Source of the DNA: a virus
IMG/VR virus record: IMGVR_UViG_3300010397_000004
Span: 11,023-75,022 of that record
DNA length: 64,000 nt
Direction: 5' to 3' (one strand)
A model generated the notes under the pieces. It had not been told where the DNA came from. It saw nothing but the letters and a program-made list of their open reading frames with translations, and ran no database searches. Position numbers and translations under genes: made by a program. Positions 46,373 through 55,690 of the stretch are shown piece after piece (within the stretch, counting starts at the first letter, position 1; each line of letters opens with the position of its first letter).

Positions 46373-46426
46373 ACAAATCACCGTATAGTGGTCCGCACCC
46401 TGCCAAGGGGAGCCATGCGGGCACGC

Positions 46427-46499
46427 CGCGGTGTGGAGCAGCTGGTAGCTCGCTGGGCCCATAACCCAGAGGTCACCGGTTCAAATCCGGTCGCCGCAA
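46427..46499 (+). tRNA. Initiator tRNA-fMet (CAT), CCA not encoded
   Basis: CGCGGTG...CGCCGCA with C1:A72 mismatch; anticodon stem CTGGG/CCCAG; GGTTCAAATCC T-arm. Confidence 0.93.
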
Positions 46500-46577
46500 C
46501 CTACCCGTGAAATCGATACCGGTGTCGAGAGACCGAACCGTTCCCCGTGGCGGTGGGGTCAGGGTCGACACACAACA

Positions 46578-46615
46578 CGAAGCCCCCGCCGGGGCCAAGC
46601 CCGGCGGGGGCTTCG
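46578..46615 (+). terminator. Hairpin terminator after tRNA
   Basis: cgaagcccccgccggg / cccggcgggggcttcg perfect 16-bp stem. Confidence 0.75.
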
Positions 46616-46642
46616 CGCATCCACGGAAGGGAGCCGGCCCGT

Positions 46643-47143
46643 ATGGGACTGCAAGGCAAGGTCACCGACTACGGCGACCTCCTCCACGTTGAGACCTGGA
46701 TCGTCAAGGGCCGTCGCGTGGACTTCGTGGCCCACTACGGCGCCGAGACCGACACCGGCCCCGCCGACCGCGTGCCGGGCACAGGGCCCGCCACACCACC
46801 GCCACGAAAGGCAGAACTGATCATGGACCTGCACGAGGACAAGAAGCGCACCCGCACCGCCAGCGCGGTCGACGAATTCGGTGTCCCGACCACGTTCGAC
46901 GGCACGATGGCGTACACCGTGGACGACCCGACGCTGGTCAACCTCACCGACAACGGTGACGGTTCCTGCGTCATCGCCGCCGTCGGCGGCGGCGCGATCG
47001 GCGTGGCCAACCTGACGTTCACGGCCACCCCGACCGTGGGCGACCCGGTCGTCCGGGTCGAGGCGATCAACGTCATCCCGGGCGCCGTGGAGGGCTTCAG
47101 CTTCGTCGACGGCGCCGAGGAAGAGGTCACCCCGGACGCCTGA
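46643..47143 (+). CDS. Hypothetical protein with beta-rich (Ig-like) C-terminal domain
   Basis: GGGAG RBS; 'YTVDDPTLVNLTDNGDGSCVIAAVG'; alternative start at 46823. Confidence 0.6.
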   Translation: MGLQGKVTDYGDLLHVETWIVKGRRVDFVAHYGAETDTGPADRVPGTGPATPPPRKAELIMDLHEDKKRTRTASAVDEFGVPTTFDGTMAYTVDDPTLVNLTDNGDGSCVIAAVGGGAIGVANLTFTATPTVGDPVVRVEAINVIPGAVEGFSFVDGAEEEVTPDA

Positions 47144-47216
47144 CCGGCGACCGGCAAACGTTTCCCTGGCCGGCGCGGCCCCGCCCACCCTCCCGGGTCG
47201 GGGCCGTGCCCACCGG

Positions 47217-47675
47217 TCACTTCTTCGAGCAGGTCAGCACGATCGGCTGGTTTGACGCCAGCGTGGTGCCCTCGGCCGGCTCGACCTTCCTCACGGTCCA
47301 GTTCTGAGCCAGGACCACGAACGTGTCGTCCGGGTCGGCCGACCCGTAGACCACGTTCGTGAACCCGAGCCGCTCCAGCTGGTCGTGCACGATCAACGCA
47401 TTCCCGCCGACGAGCCCGGTCGGGATCCGCAGCTGCACCGCCGGCGGGGTGGTCGGCGCCGCGAATGTCGGGAACCCGGTGAACGTAGGCCCCGGCGTGA
47501 ACGCCGGCAGGGCGCCGTTGCCGGCCCGCCCTACGTAGGCCGTGAACGCCAGCAGTCCGCACAGCAGCAACACGCACCCGCCCGCGACCAGCCCGATCAG
47601 CACCCCGGGGTGGATTTTCGCCCGAGGTGGGCGGGGCGGCGGGACGGTCGGCCACTGCTGCGGCGCCTGGGTCAT
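47217..47675 (-). CDS. Membrane-anchored PASTA-like domain protein
   Basis: GGAG RBS; Pro-rich N-terminus, 1 TM, 'LVGGNA....QLERLGFTNV...NWTV..VEPAEGT...IVLTCSK'. Confidence 0.75.
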   Translation of the reverse strand: MTQAPQQWPTVPPPRPPRAKIHPGVLIGLVAGGCVLLLCGLLAFTAYVGRAGNGALPAFTPGPTFTGFPTFAAPTTPPAVQLRIPTGLVGGNALIVHDQLERLGFTNVVYGSADPDDTFVVLAQNWTVRKVEPAEGTTLASNQPIVLTCSKK

Positions 47676-47928
47676 ATCGGCTCCATGCGGTAACGAGACG
47701 ACTCCTCGCGGTCGCCTGGCTCGGCCCATCGTGGCCGCCGCGATCGATGGTCACCATCACCCTTTCGGGCCGCGGACCGCCGCCAGAACGGCGACCCGTT
47801 TCCCCACCGTTGTGCCCCGGCCCGCGGGTTCCGCTCCTTGTTGGGGAACGGGAGGCCGCGGGTTCGCGGGCCGGGCGCACGCACGCGCCGTTCCCCGATG
47901 CACCGTTCCCCAACGGAAGAGATCAACT

Positions 47929-49020
47929 ATGCGGGCCCACTCGATCAACTACCTGAGACGGGACGGGCGCCCGAAAGGCCACCTCGTCTCCGTCGGCTTC
48001 TGGGTCTTCAACGCCCCGCGGCCGCTGCTGCTGTGCCGGCTCCTCGGCCACAAGGCAGTCATCGACGGCGTCGGCGACCCCAGCGTCGAGCGCCGGCGGC
48101 GCGGCCTGCTGTCCCGGTGGGTGTGCTGCGACCGGTGCGGAGAACGCCCCGAACCGCAGGGCTATCTCAACCCGTTCGCACCCTGGCACAGGATCGGCCT
48201 GCGCTACAGGGGCCGGTTCAACGGCACCCTGCCCGACCGGGACAAGACCACACGGGCCCACACCGAGCTGGTGGCCGAGCGCCAGTACTCGCCACCGGGG
48301 CCGTGGCCCCGGAAACTGACCGGTGAGCTGGGCGGCCAACTCGTCATCGGCGGGGCAGTTCCTTCCGTCGGATTCGGGGTGAAAGTCGGCCACGGCGGCA
48401 GCGAAGAGACCCTGGCCTGCCACCTGCACCTCGGCAAACTCGGCGCCCTGTACCTGCACACCGAGCGCTTCGGGACCTGGTGGCAGCGCCGCCTCAACCC
48501 GGTCGGCTACCACTCGCGCGTCATCGAGGTCGAGGTCGACACCGAGCGCCTGCGATGGCGGCTCTGGGTCAGGCGCGACGAGTCGTCCGCATCCACTCCG
48601 AAGTGGATGGACGGCAGCGTGCGCATCAACCCGTTCGACCTCACGCTCGGGCCGAAACGGTACGCGTACGAGAACGTCGGCGACCCCGTGACGGCCACAG
48701 TGCGGCTCCCGCACGGCGACGACCACCAGGTCACCCTCCAGCTGCAGCGGGTCCTGTTCGGACGCAAGCGGTGGCGTAAACGACAGTCATGGGCGGCCGA
48801 CTGGGACGCGCGCCCCGGCATCGACACCAAACCCCACGGCGGCGCGATCTGGGGCTCCGGCGTGAAGATCACCGATTCGAGCGGGCGGCGAGACCACGCC
48901 GACCCGTACCACGAACACCAGTGGGTCCTCGAAGCGTGCGCGGCCATCGCGGTGCAGATCACCGGGATGCGGACGCGGTCCGGGTACCACCCGTTCCCCA
49001 CGGAGAGAACAGATGCCTGA
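47929..49020 (+). CDS. Hypothetical Trp/Arg-rich protein
   Basis: 'CRLLGHK...CCDRCG'; stop overlaps the next start. Confidence 0.65.
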   Translation: MRAHSINYLRRDGRPKGHLVSVGFWVFNAPRPLLLCRLLGHKAVIDGVGDPSVERRRRGLLSRWVCCDRCGERPEPQGYLNPFAPWHRIGLRYRGRFNGTLPDRDKTTRAHTELVAERQYSPPGPWPRKLTGELGGQLVIGGAVPSVGFGVKVGHGGSEETLACHLHLGKLGALYLHTERFGTWWQRRLNPVGYHSRVIEVEVDTERLRWRLWVRRDESSASTPKWMDGSVRINPFDLTLGPKRYAYENVGDPVTATVRLPHGDDHQVTLQLQRVLFGRKRWRKRQSWAADWDARPGIDTKPHGGAIWGSGVKITDSSGRRDHADPYHEHQWVLEACAAIAVQITGMRTRSGYHPFPTERTDA

Positions 49021-49210
49021 CCTGAGAACAAGGACCAGCGAGCAGCTGCACGACCGGCTCACCGAGATCGAGACCGAGCTCGGTCATCCGGCGGCCGACG
49101 GCCAGCTGTTCGATGACGTGATGCGCCACCTCGCGGACCTGCTCCGCGAGATCGGGCTCATCCACATCGAGCTCGCCCGCCGCACAGCGACCGGCTGGAG
49201 GCCGATGTGA
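49013..49210 (+). CDS. Small helical protein
   Basis: GGAG RBS; coupled. Confidence 0.6.
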   Translation: MPDLRTRTSEQLHDRLTEIETELGHPAADGQLFDDVMRHLADLLREIGLIHIELARRTATGWRPM

Positions 49211-50235
49211 AGGTCGCAGTCACCGGCGGCGCCGGCTTCATCGGCGGCCACGTCGTCGACGAGCTCCACGCCCGCGGCCACCAGGTTCTCATCGTCGACC
49301 ACCACGGCCGGCGCGGCCACGCCACCGACGACGAGTTCATGCTCGCCGACGTCCGCGACCCTGTCGCCATGGCCGAGGTCGCCGCCCACGTCGACGGCAT
49401 CATCCACCTCGCCGCCTGTCTCGGCACCCAGGAGACCATCCGCAACCCGCGGCCCGCCGCCGAAACCAACATCCAGGGCGGCCTCAACTTCCTGGAAGGG
49501 CTCGCCCAGTACAACATCCCGGGTGTCTACATTGGAGTCGGCAACCACTGGATGAACAACAGCTACTCGATCACGAAGACGACGATCGAGCGGTTCGTTG
49601 CCATGTACAACCAGGAACGCGGTACCCGCTGCAACGTGGTCCGGCTCGTCAACGCATACGGCCCCCGCCAGTCCGTCGCCCCCCCGTTCGGGCCGGCCAA
49701 GGTCAGGAAGATCACACCCGCGTTCGTGTGCCGGGCGCTCACCGGCGCCGACATCGAGGTGTACGGCGACGGCGAGCAGATCTCCGACATGGTCCACGTC
49801 ACCGACGGCGCGAAGGCCCTGGTGTCCGCCCTCGAGCACGCCGCCGGCGGCGACGTGTTCGACCGGGCCGTCGAATGCGGGCCGGTCCAGTCGTGCACCG
49901 TCAACGAGGTCGCGCACCGGGTCATCGAGGCCGCGACCGGGTTCGGGTTCGACCCTGTCGACCTGGTCCATCTGCCCATGCGACCGGGCGAGGTGCCCGG
50001 CGCCCGGGTCACCGCGGACACCTCCACCCTGGCTCTGGTCGGCATGGACCCGGCCAGCCTGGTGCCCCTCGACGCCGGCATCTCCGACACCGTCGGCTGG
50101 TTCATCGAGAACTGGCTCTCCGGCTGGACCGCCGCTCAGCAGAAGGCGACCAGCACCCCGCAGGACCGGTGCGTCCGGGACAGCGGCGACTGCGGATGGT
50201 GCGCCCCGACCTGCCGGCAACTCGCCGCATCATGA
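49207..50235 (+). CDS. NAD-dependent nucleotide-sugar epimerase/dehydratase (extended SDR)
   Basis: 'VTGGAGFIG', 'IHLAA', 'YSITK' (YxxxK), 'NAYGPRQ', 'YGDGEQISDMVHV'. Confidence 0.93.
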   Translation: MKVAVTGGAGFIGGHVVDELHARGHQVLIVDHHGRRGHATDDEFMLADVRDPVAMAEVAAHVDGIIHLAACLGTQETIRNPRPAAETNIQGGLNFLEGLAQYNIPGVYIGVGNHWMNNSYSITKTTIERFVAMYNQERGTRCNVVRLVNAYGPRQSVAPPFGPAKVRKITPAFVCRALTGADIEVYGDGEQISDMVHVTDGAKALVSALEHAAGGDVFDRAVECGPVQSCTVNEVAHRVIEAATGFGFDPVDLVHLPMRPGEVPGARVTADTSTLALVGMDPASLVPLDAGISDTVGWFIENWLSGWTAAQQKATSTPQDRCVRDSGDCGWCAPTCRQLAAS

Positions 50236-50810
50236 CCACCGTCGTCGCCGCCGCCCGGGACGGCCTGGTCGCCATGGCCGCGGACACCATGGTCAACGTC
50301 TACGACCGGCCCGTGCCCGGCGGCGTCTCGAAGATCCTCCGGGTGCCGGCCGGCCGCGGTCAGGTCCTGCTCGGCTGCGCCGGCTTCGCCGGGATCATCG
50401 GCGTGCTCGCCGCCGGTCTACACATCGACGGCGAGCCCGAGGACGACGCGGCCGTCCATCCGTGGGCCCACGCCGTCGCGCACGCCGTGACCGACCTCGC
50501 CGTCGACGCCAAGCTCACCGACGACAGCGGCCGGATGGACGCCCACCTCATCCTCGGATGGCGCGGCCAACTGTGGACCCTCGGCCACATGGTCGCCGTG
50601 CCCGCACGCGACGGCGTCGCCGCGATCGGGTCCGGGGAAGGCCCGGCCATCGGTGCCCTCGACGCGCTGCTCGAGGTGGCCGGCCACGAACCGCTCGCCC
50701 AACTCGTCGCCCGGGCCGCCCGGATCGCAGCCGCCCGCGACCGGTACTCCGGCGGCCCGCTCGACGTCCACCTCCTGCCCGGGCCGGACGATGCTGACGC
50801 TGCCGGCTGA
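50232..50810 (+). CDS. Ntn-hydrolase protease (proteasome-beta/HslV-like)
   Basis: 'MTTVVAA..DG.VAMAADT', 'SKI', 'GCAG', 'AIGSG', 'DRYSGG'. Confidence 0.8.
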   Translation: MTTVVAAARDGLVAMAADTMVNVYDRPVPGGVSKILRVPAGRGQVLLGCAGFAGIIGVLAAGLHIDGEPEDDAAVHPWAHAVAHAVTDLAVDAKLTDDSGRMDAHLILGWRGQLWTLGHMVAVPARDGVAAIGSGEGPAIGALDALLEVAGHEPLAQLVARAARIAAARDRYSGGPLDVHLLPGPDDADAAG

Positions 50811-51231
50811 GGCATACGCCGCGGTCCTCGACCACTGCAGCCGGGCCCTACCCGACGAGGCGTGCGGCATCATCGCCGGCCCGGCCGGCCAGCCCCACGC
50901 CGACGTCTCCGCCACCCGGGTCGTCCCGCTGGCCAACGTGGCCGACCGACCCGGCAGCCGGTTCGAGTTCGACCCGACCCAGCAATTGGCCGCCTACGAC
51001 CAGATGGACGCCCTCCGCGAGGACCCGGTCGTCCTCTACCACTCCCACCCGGCCGGGCCGCCCGTACCATCCCCGACCGACGTGGCGGCCGCCGCCGGCG
51101 GAACCTGCCTCTGGCTCATCGTGGCCATGGCCGGCCCCGCCCCGAAAGCCCGGGTGTGGGCCATCGACGGCGACCAGGTCACCGAGCACGTGCTGCAGAT
51201 CGTGGACGGCCCCAGTGGACCCCCGGCCTGA
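50791..51231 (+). CDS. JAB/MPN+ (M67) metallo-isopeptidase
   Basis: 'LPDEACGIIAG' and JAMM motif 'YHSHP....PSPTD'. Confidence 0.9.
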   Translation: MLTLPAEAYAAVLDHCSRALPDEACGIIAGPAGQPHADVSATRVVPLANVADRPGSRFEFDPTQQLAAYDQMDALREDPVVLYHSHPAGPPVPSPTDVAAAAGGTCLWLIVAMAGPAPKARVWAIDGDQVTEHVLQIVDGPSGPPA

Positions 51232-52879
51232 CAGCTACGACCGGTGGGCCGCCTCGGAAGAGCCGGCCGCGTGGGACGACAACCCGTACGCCGACGACGT
51301 CGTATTCCCCGAACCGCCCACGTGGGCGCCCACCGCGGTGGACGCCGAAACGTTCGACCCGCAGGCGTACCTCGACCAGTTCGACCGGGTCCGGCTCGGC
51401 TCCGACCCCACCTACCGGCGGGCCGCCACCCGCCGCGACCCGCTTCTATTCGCCCTGGTCTACCTCGACCGGCACCTCCGCTCCGACGCCACCGCCGGCC
51501 AGGTCACCATGGCCGACCCGCACCTCGACTGGTGCCGGCGCGCCCTGGCCTGGCTCACGCCCGTCGTCGAGCCGCGCAGCCAACGACACGCCGAGATCGC
51601 CCCCCGCGAGACCGGCAAGAGCAGTTGGTGGTTCCTGGCCCTGCCCCTGTGGGCGGCCGCGCACGGACACGTGCGGTTCGTGGTCGCGTTCGCCGACTCG
51701 ACCGGGCAGGCCGAGACGCACCTGATGACGTTCAAGCGCGAGTTCGAGGTCAACCACCTCCTGCGCGAGGACTACCCCGACCTGTGCGCCCCGGCGCGCC
51801 GCCAGTCCGGCACCACGGTCGCCGACCGCCAAGGCATGATCCACCAGCGCAACGGGTTCTCCTTCGCGGCCAGGGGCATCGACAGCGCCAACCTTGGCCT
51901 GAAGGTGTCCGAACGGCGCCCGGACGTGATCCTGTTCGACGACGTCGAACCCGACGAGTCCTCGTACAGCGAGCTCCTGGCAGGGAAGCGGCTCCGCACC
52001 ATCATCGACGCGGTTCTCCCGATGAACCTCCTCGCCCGGGTCGTCCTCATCGGCACCGTCACCATGCCCGGGTCGATCGTGCACCAGCTGGTCCGGGCCG
52101 CCGCCGGCGACGACACCGAGGACTGGGTTGCCGAGGAACGGTTCGTCGCCCACCACGCACTCCCGATCGTCGTCCGCGACGACGGATCCGAGCGCAGCAT
52201 CTGGCCCGCGAAGTGGCCGATGGAGATGCTCAACGAGATCCGGCACACACGCTCTTATCGAAAGAACTTCGCCAACGACCCCATCGGCTCCAACGGCGGG
52301 TACTGGACTCTCGACGACTTCGTGTACGGCCAACTCGACGGAGTCGTCGCGGAGATCCTGTCCATCGACCCAGCCGTCACCACGAAGAAGACCTCCGACT
52401 TCACCGGCCTCGCCATCGTCGGCTTCCAACCATCCACAGTGGAAACCGACAGCCGCACCGGTCGCCGGGCGCAACGCCCATCGCGGTGCGTGGTCGAGGA
52501 GGCATGGGAGGTTCGCCTCACCGGCGACCCGCTACGCACCCACGTGCTGAAGCTGCTCGCCAGGCACCCACGCGTGCGCGCAGTACTGGTCGAAACCAAC
52601 CAGGGCGGCGAGAACTGGCACGCCATCCTTCACGACCTGCCCGTGAAACTGCTCACCGTGCACCAGACCGTGAAGAAGGAAGTCCGGGCCGCGAACTGCC
52701 TCAACTTCTACCAGCGGGGCCGGGTGCTCCACGCCAAGAAGCTCGCCCGCCTCGAGGAACAACAGACCGCGTTCCCGAAGGCCCCGCACGACGACATGGT
52801 CGACGCGGTGACCGCGCCGATCCTGCGCCTGCTCGCACCCGGCAAGCCGGGCAAGACCCAGACCGTGTTCCCACGATGA
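51215..52879 (+). CDS. Terminase large subunit
   Basis: Walker A 'APRETGKS', Walker B 'ILFDDVE', nuclease 'SIDPA...SDFTG', 'VETNQGG', 'HDDMVDA'. Confidence 0.93.
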   Translation: MDPRPDSYDRWAASEEPAAWDDNPYADDVVFPEPPTWAPTAVDAETFDPQAYLDQFDRVRLGSDPTYRRAATRRDPLLFALVYLDRHLRSDATAGQVTMADPHLDWCRRALAWLTPVVEPRSQRHAEIAPRETGKSSWWFLALPLWAAAHGHVRFVVAFADSTGQAETHLMTFKREFEVNHLLREDYPDLCAPARRQSGTTVADRQGMIHQRNGFSFAARGIDSANLGLKVSERRPDVILFDDVEPDESSYSELLAGKRLRTIIDAVLPMNLLARVVLIGTVTMPGSIVHQLVRAAAGDDTEDWVAEERFVAHHALPIVVRDDGSERSIWPAKWPMEMLNEIRHTRSYRKNFANDPIGSNGGYWTLDDFVYGQLDGVVAEILSIDPAVTTKKTSDFTGLAIVGFQPSTVETDSRTGRRAQRPSRCVVEEAWEVRLTGDPLRTHVLKLLARHPRVRAVLVETNQGGENWHAILHDLPVKLLTVHQTVKKEVRAANCLNFYQRGRVLHAKKLARLEEQQTAFPKAPHDDMVDAVTAPILRLLAPGKPGKTQTVFPR

Positions 52880-52900
52880 CCAGGTAGGGGGGCCATCCAC

Positions 52901-54634
52901 GTGCCAGCCCCCGCCGACCTGATCACCGCGTACGAGGAGCTCGTCGAGTACCGCCCGGCGTACGAAGAGGCCAAGGACATGTACGCCGGCCAGGTCGGCG
53001 AAACGTACGCGTCCGAGCGGGTCAAACGTCTCCTCGCCCGGGCGCGCGCCGACGACATCGAAGAGTTCAACTACGCGCACATCCCGGTCGACACCATCGC
53101 CAATCGGCTCGAGATCACGTCGGTGACCGTGGTCAGACCGGACGCGGACGACCAGACGACGGAAGGGGGCACCGGTGGGGTACGGGCCGACAGTCAGAAC
53201 ACCAAGACCCCGGATGCCGAGAAAGGTGCGCGCGTCGGTGAGGGTGCGGCTCCCAAGGCTGCGGATGCCGAGCACTACTCGCAGGCGCAGGCGGCGCTAG
53301 ACAAGCTCCGCGAGGACAACCAGCTCGACGCCGAATCCGCCGGCCTACACCACAAGGTGTCCCGCGACGGCGACTGCTACCTCATCGTCTGGCCGGCCAG
53401 CGACGACAAGGGCAAAGTCACCGCCGTCGATATGCGCGTCAACGACGCCCTCACCACCCGAGTCATCTACGACGTCGAGGACCCGCTCAAGGTCGCGTAT
53501 GCGATCAAGTCCTGGACCTACGACGAGGTCGACGCGGGCGGCAACAAGATCCAGCGCACCCGTGCCACCCTCTACTACGACAACCGGGTCGAGCGGTGGA
53601 TCAGCAAGCCCGACAAGAAGGCACAGGCCCTGTGCGACCCGGACGCCTGGCTCCCGTACGAACCCGTCGGCAAGGACGGCAAACGCGAACCCGCGGTGAA
53701 GGAACACGACTACGGCCGGGTGCCCGTCTTCCACTTCCGGAACGACCGGCCGTACGGCCAACCCGAGCACCGGTACGCGTACGGCCCGCAGCAGATGCTC
53801 AACAAGCTGGTCATGGCCCAGGCGGTCGCGGTCGACTTCCAGTCGTTCCCGCAGCGATACCTGCTCATGGACCCGTCCGCCGACCAGACCATGGCCAACT
53901 TCCTCGACCCCAACCACCCCGAGGACGACGACGACCCCGAGGGCGACGCCAACGCGTCCAACCTGTCGGCCGACCCGTCGTCGGTGTGGAAGCTGTTCGG
54001 CGCGAAGTCGACCGGCCAGTACGACCCGGCCTCACCCGACACCTTCCTCAAGCCGTTCGACCGCTACGTCCAAGCAATGGCCGAACTCACCGAGACCCCG
54101 CTCTACCGGTTCGGATCGGCATTCGCGCAGACCCCCAGCGGAGCCGCACAGCGTGCAGCCGACACCCCGACCGTCAACAAGGTCGAGAACCGGCAAAGCT
54201 CCTACGACGCCACCTGGGAAGACGCGTACCAGTTCGCGTTGAAGCTGCTCGGCTTCGACGTCACCGTCTCCGTGGCGTGGAAGCCCGCCGAGCAGGCGAC
54301 CGACTTCGAAGCGTGGTCCGTGGTCGGGGCCAAGGTCGACGCCGGGGTACCGCGTCGGCAGGCCCTCATCGAGACCGGGTACACGCCCGACCAGGTCGAC
54401 GAGTGGCTCGGCGGCGAGGCCGCGATGTCCGCGCTGCTACAGAAGAAGGTCGACCTGATCACCGGTGTCGCCAACGCGCTGCAATCGCTCGGAGCTGCAG
54501 TCGCCATGGGCGTCATCCACGAGGATCAGGTCGGTGCACTGGTGTCCTCATTGGTCGGTGAGGTACAGCAGAGCCAAGCCCAGGACACAGCGCCCGACAG
54601 CGGGCAGACCCAGGCCGCCGAGACAGGCACCTGA
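52901..54634 (+). CDS. Portal protein (SPP1-like)
   Basis: Follows TerL; 'GDCYLIVW', 'HDYGRVPVFHFRN', 'FPQRY', 'PSGAA'. Confidence 0.9.
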   Translation: MPAPADLITAYEELVEYRPAYEEAKDMYAGQVGETYASERVKRLLARARADDIEEFNYAHIPVDTIANRLEITSVTVVRPDADDQTTEGGTGGVRADSQNTKTPDAEKGARVGEGAAPKAADAEHYSQAQAALDKLREDNQLDAESAGLHHKVSRDGDCYLIVWPASDDKGKVTAVDMRVNDALTTRVIYDVEDPLKVAYAIKSWTYDEVDAGGNKIQRTRATLYYDNRVERWISKPDKKAQALCDPDAWLPYEPVGKDGKREPAVKEHDYGRVPVFHFRNDRPYGQPEHRYAYGPQQMLNKLVMAQAVAVDFQSFPQRYLLMDPSADQTMANFLDPNHPEDDDDPEGDANASNLSADPSSVWKLFGAKSTGQYDPASPDTFLKPFDRYVQAMAELTETPLYRFGSAFAQTPSGAAQRAADTPTVNKVENRQSSYDATWEDAYQFALKLLGFDVTVSVAWKPAEQATDFEAWSVVGAKVDAGVPRRQALIETGYTPDQVDEWLGGEAAMSALLQKKVDLITGVANALQSLGAAVAMGVIHEDQVGALVSSLVGEVQQSQAQDTAPDSGQTQAAETGT

Positions 54635-54636
54635 CC

Positions 54637-55641
54637 GTGGCCGGGCCGCTGCCCGACTGGATGACCGCCCACGACCAGCGGGCCCTCAAGTTCGAACAGC
54701 AAGCGCAGGACCACACCGCGGCCGCCCTCAAGCTGGCCCTTGCCGACGCGGCCCGCCGCCTGGCCGCCGAGTACATCAAGGCCGTCGGCAAACTCGATCA
54801 GCCGGTGCCGCCGACCGCGCAGAGCTCACTGCGCGCCGCCCTGCGCCGCATCGTGACCGCGCTCGCCACCGGCATGGTGTCCGAACTGCCGGCCCTCATC
54901 AGCGCGCTGACCGACATCGCCGAGCAGGGCCTGCGCCTCGGAGCGCACGCCTCGCCGGGCCGGCCGCGGCGAACCCAGCTGGCCCAGTCCGCCGAACTGC
55001 GCGCCGCGATCCGCCGAACTGAGAAGACCCTCCGCGACCAGATCGCCGAGATGCAGCAGCAGGCCGCGGCAGCAGACCTTCGCACCTTCGGTGACGTCAC
55101 CACCGTCATCGCCAAGGGCCAGCAGGTCGTCAACAAGGCCCAGGCCGCAGCCGCGTGGGCAGCCAACCGGGCCGTGAACGAAGGCGCCCGGGCAGTCGCC
55201 GACCGTTCGAAGTCACCGGTGCTGTGGGTGGCCGAACCCGGGGCGTGCCTGACCTGCTTGGCCTACGCCGGGCACCTCGCCGAACCAGGAGAACCCTTCC
55301 CGGCCGGGCTGACCTTCGGTGACAAGTCCACCGTGGACGAACCGATCGACGGACCACCGGCGCACCCGTGGTGCCGCTGCCGGCTGCAGCCCTGGTACGG
55401 CACCGAACCACAGTTCGGCGTCGAACTGCCCACCGCACTCAAGCGCGAAGCGCAACGCCAGGTACTGCGCGGGAAATCCCTGTACGCCTCGCGGCCCGCG
55501 AAGCTCCGGGCCGCTGACCGGCTACTCAAGACCAGCCTGTCCGGTCTACCCGAGCACGTGAAGCTCACCGCCGCGCACAAGGTACAGGCCGGTGTCATGG
55601 CCTGGGCCCTGCCAAAGCGGCCGCACACAACCAAGCCCTGA
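54637..55641 (+). CDS. MuF-like head morphogenesis / minor capsid protein
   Basis: 'WVAEPGACLTC', 'PPAHPWCRCRL'; follows portal. Confidence 0.8.
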   Translation: MAGPLPDWMTAHDQRALKFEQQAQDHTAAALKLALADAARRLAAEYIKAVGKLDQPVPPTAQSSLRAALRRIVTALATGMVSELPALISALTDIAEQGLRLGAHASPGRPRRTQLAQSAELRAAIRRTEKTLRDQIAEMQQQAAAADLRTFGDVTTVIAKGQQVVNKAQAAAAWAANRAVNEGARAVADRSKSPVLWVAEPGACLTCLAYAGHLAEPGEPFPAGLTFGDKSTVDEPIDGPPAHPWCRCRLQPWYGTEPQFGVELPTALKREAQRQVLRGKSLYASRPAKLRAADRLLKTSLSGLPEHVKLTAAHKVQAGVMAWALPKRPHTTKP

Positions 55642-55690
55642 GGCCGCGACGGTCCACCGGGGCAGTTCCCCAACCCAAGCGAAGGTCGAG

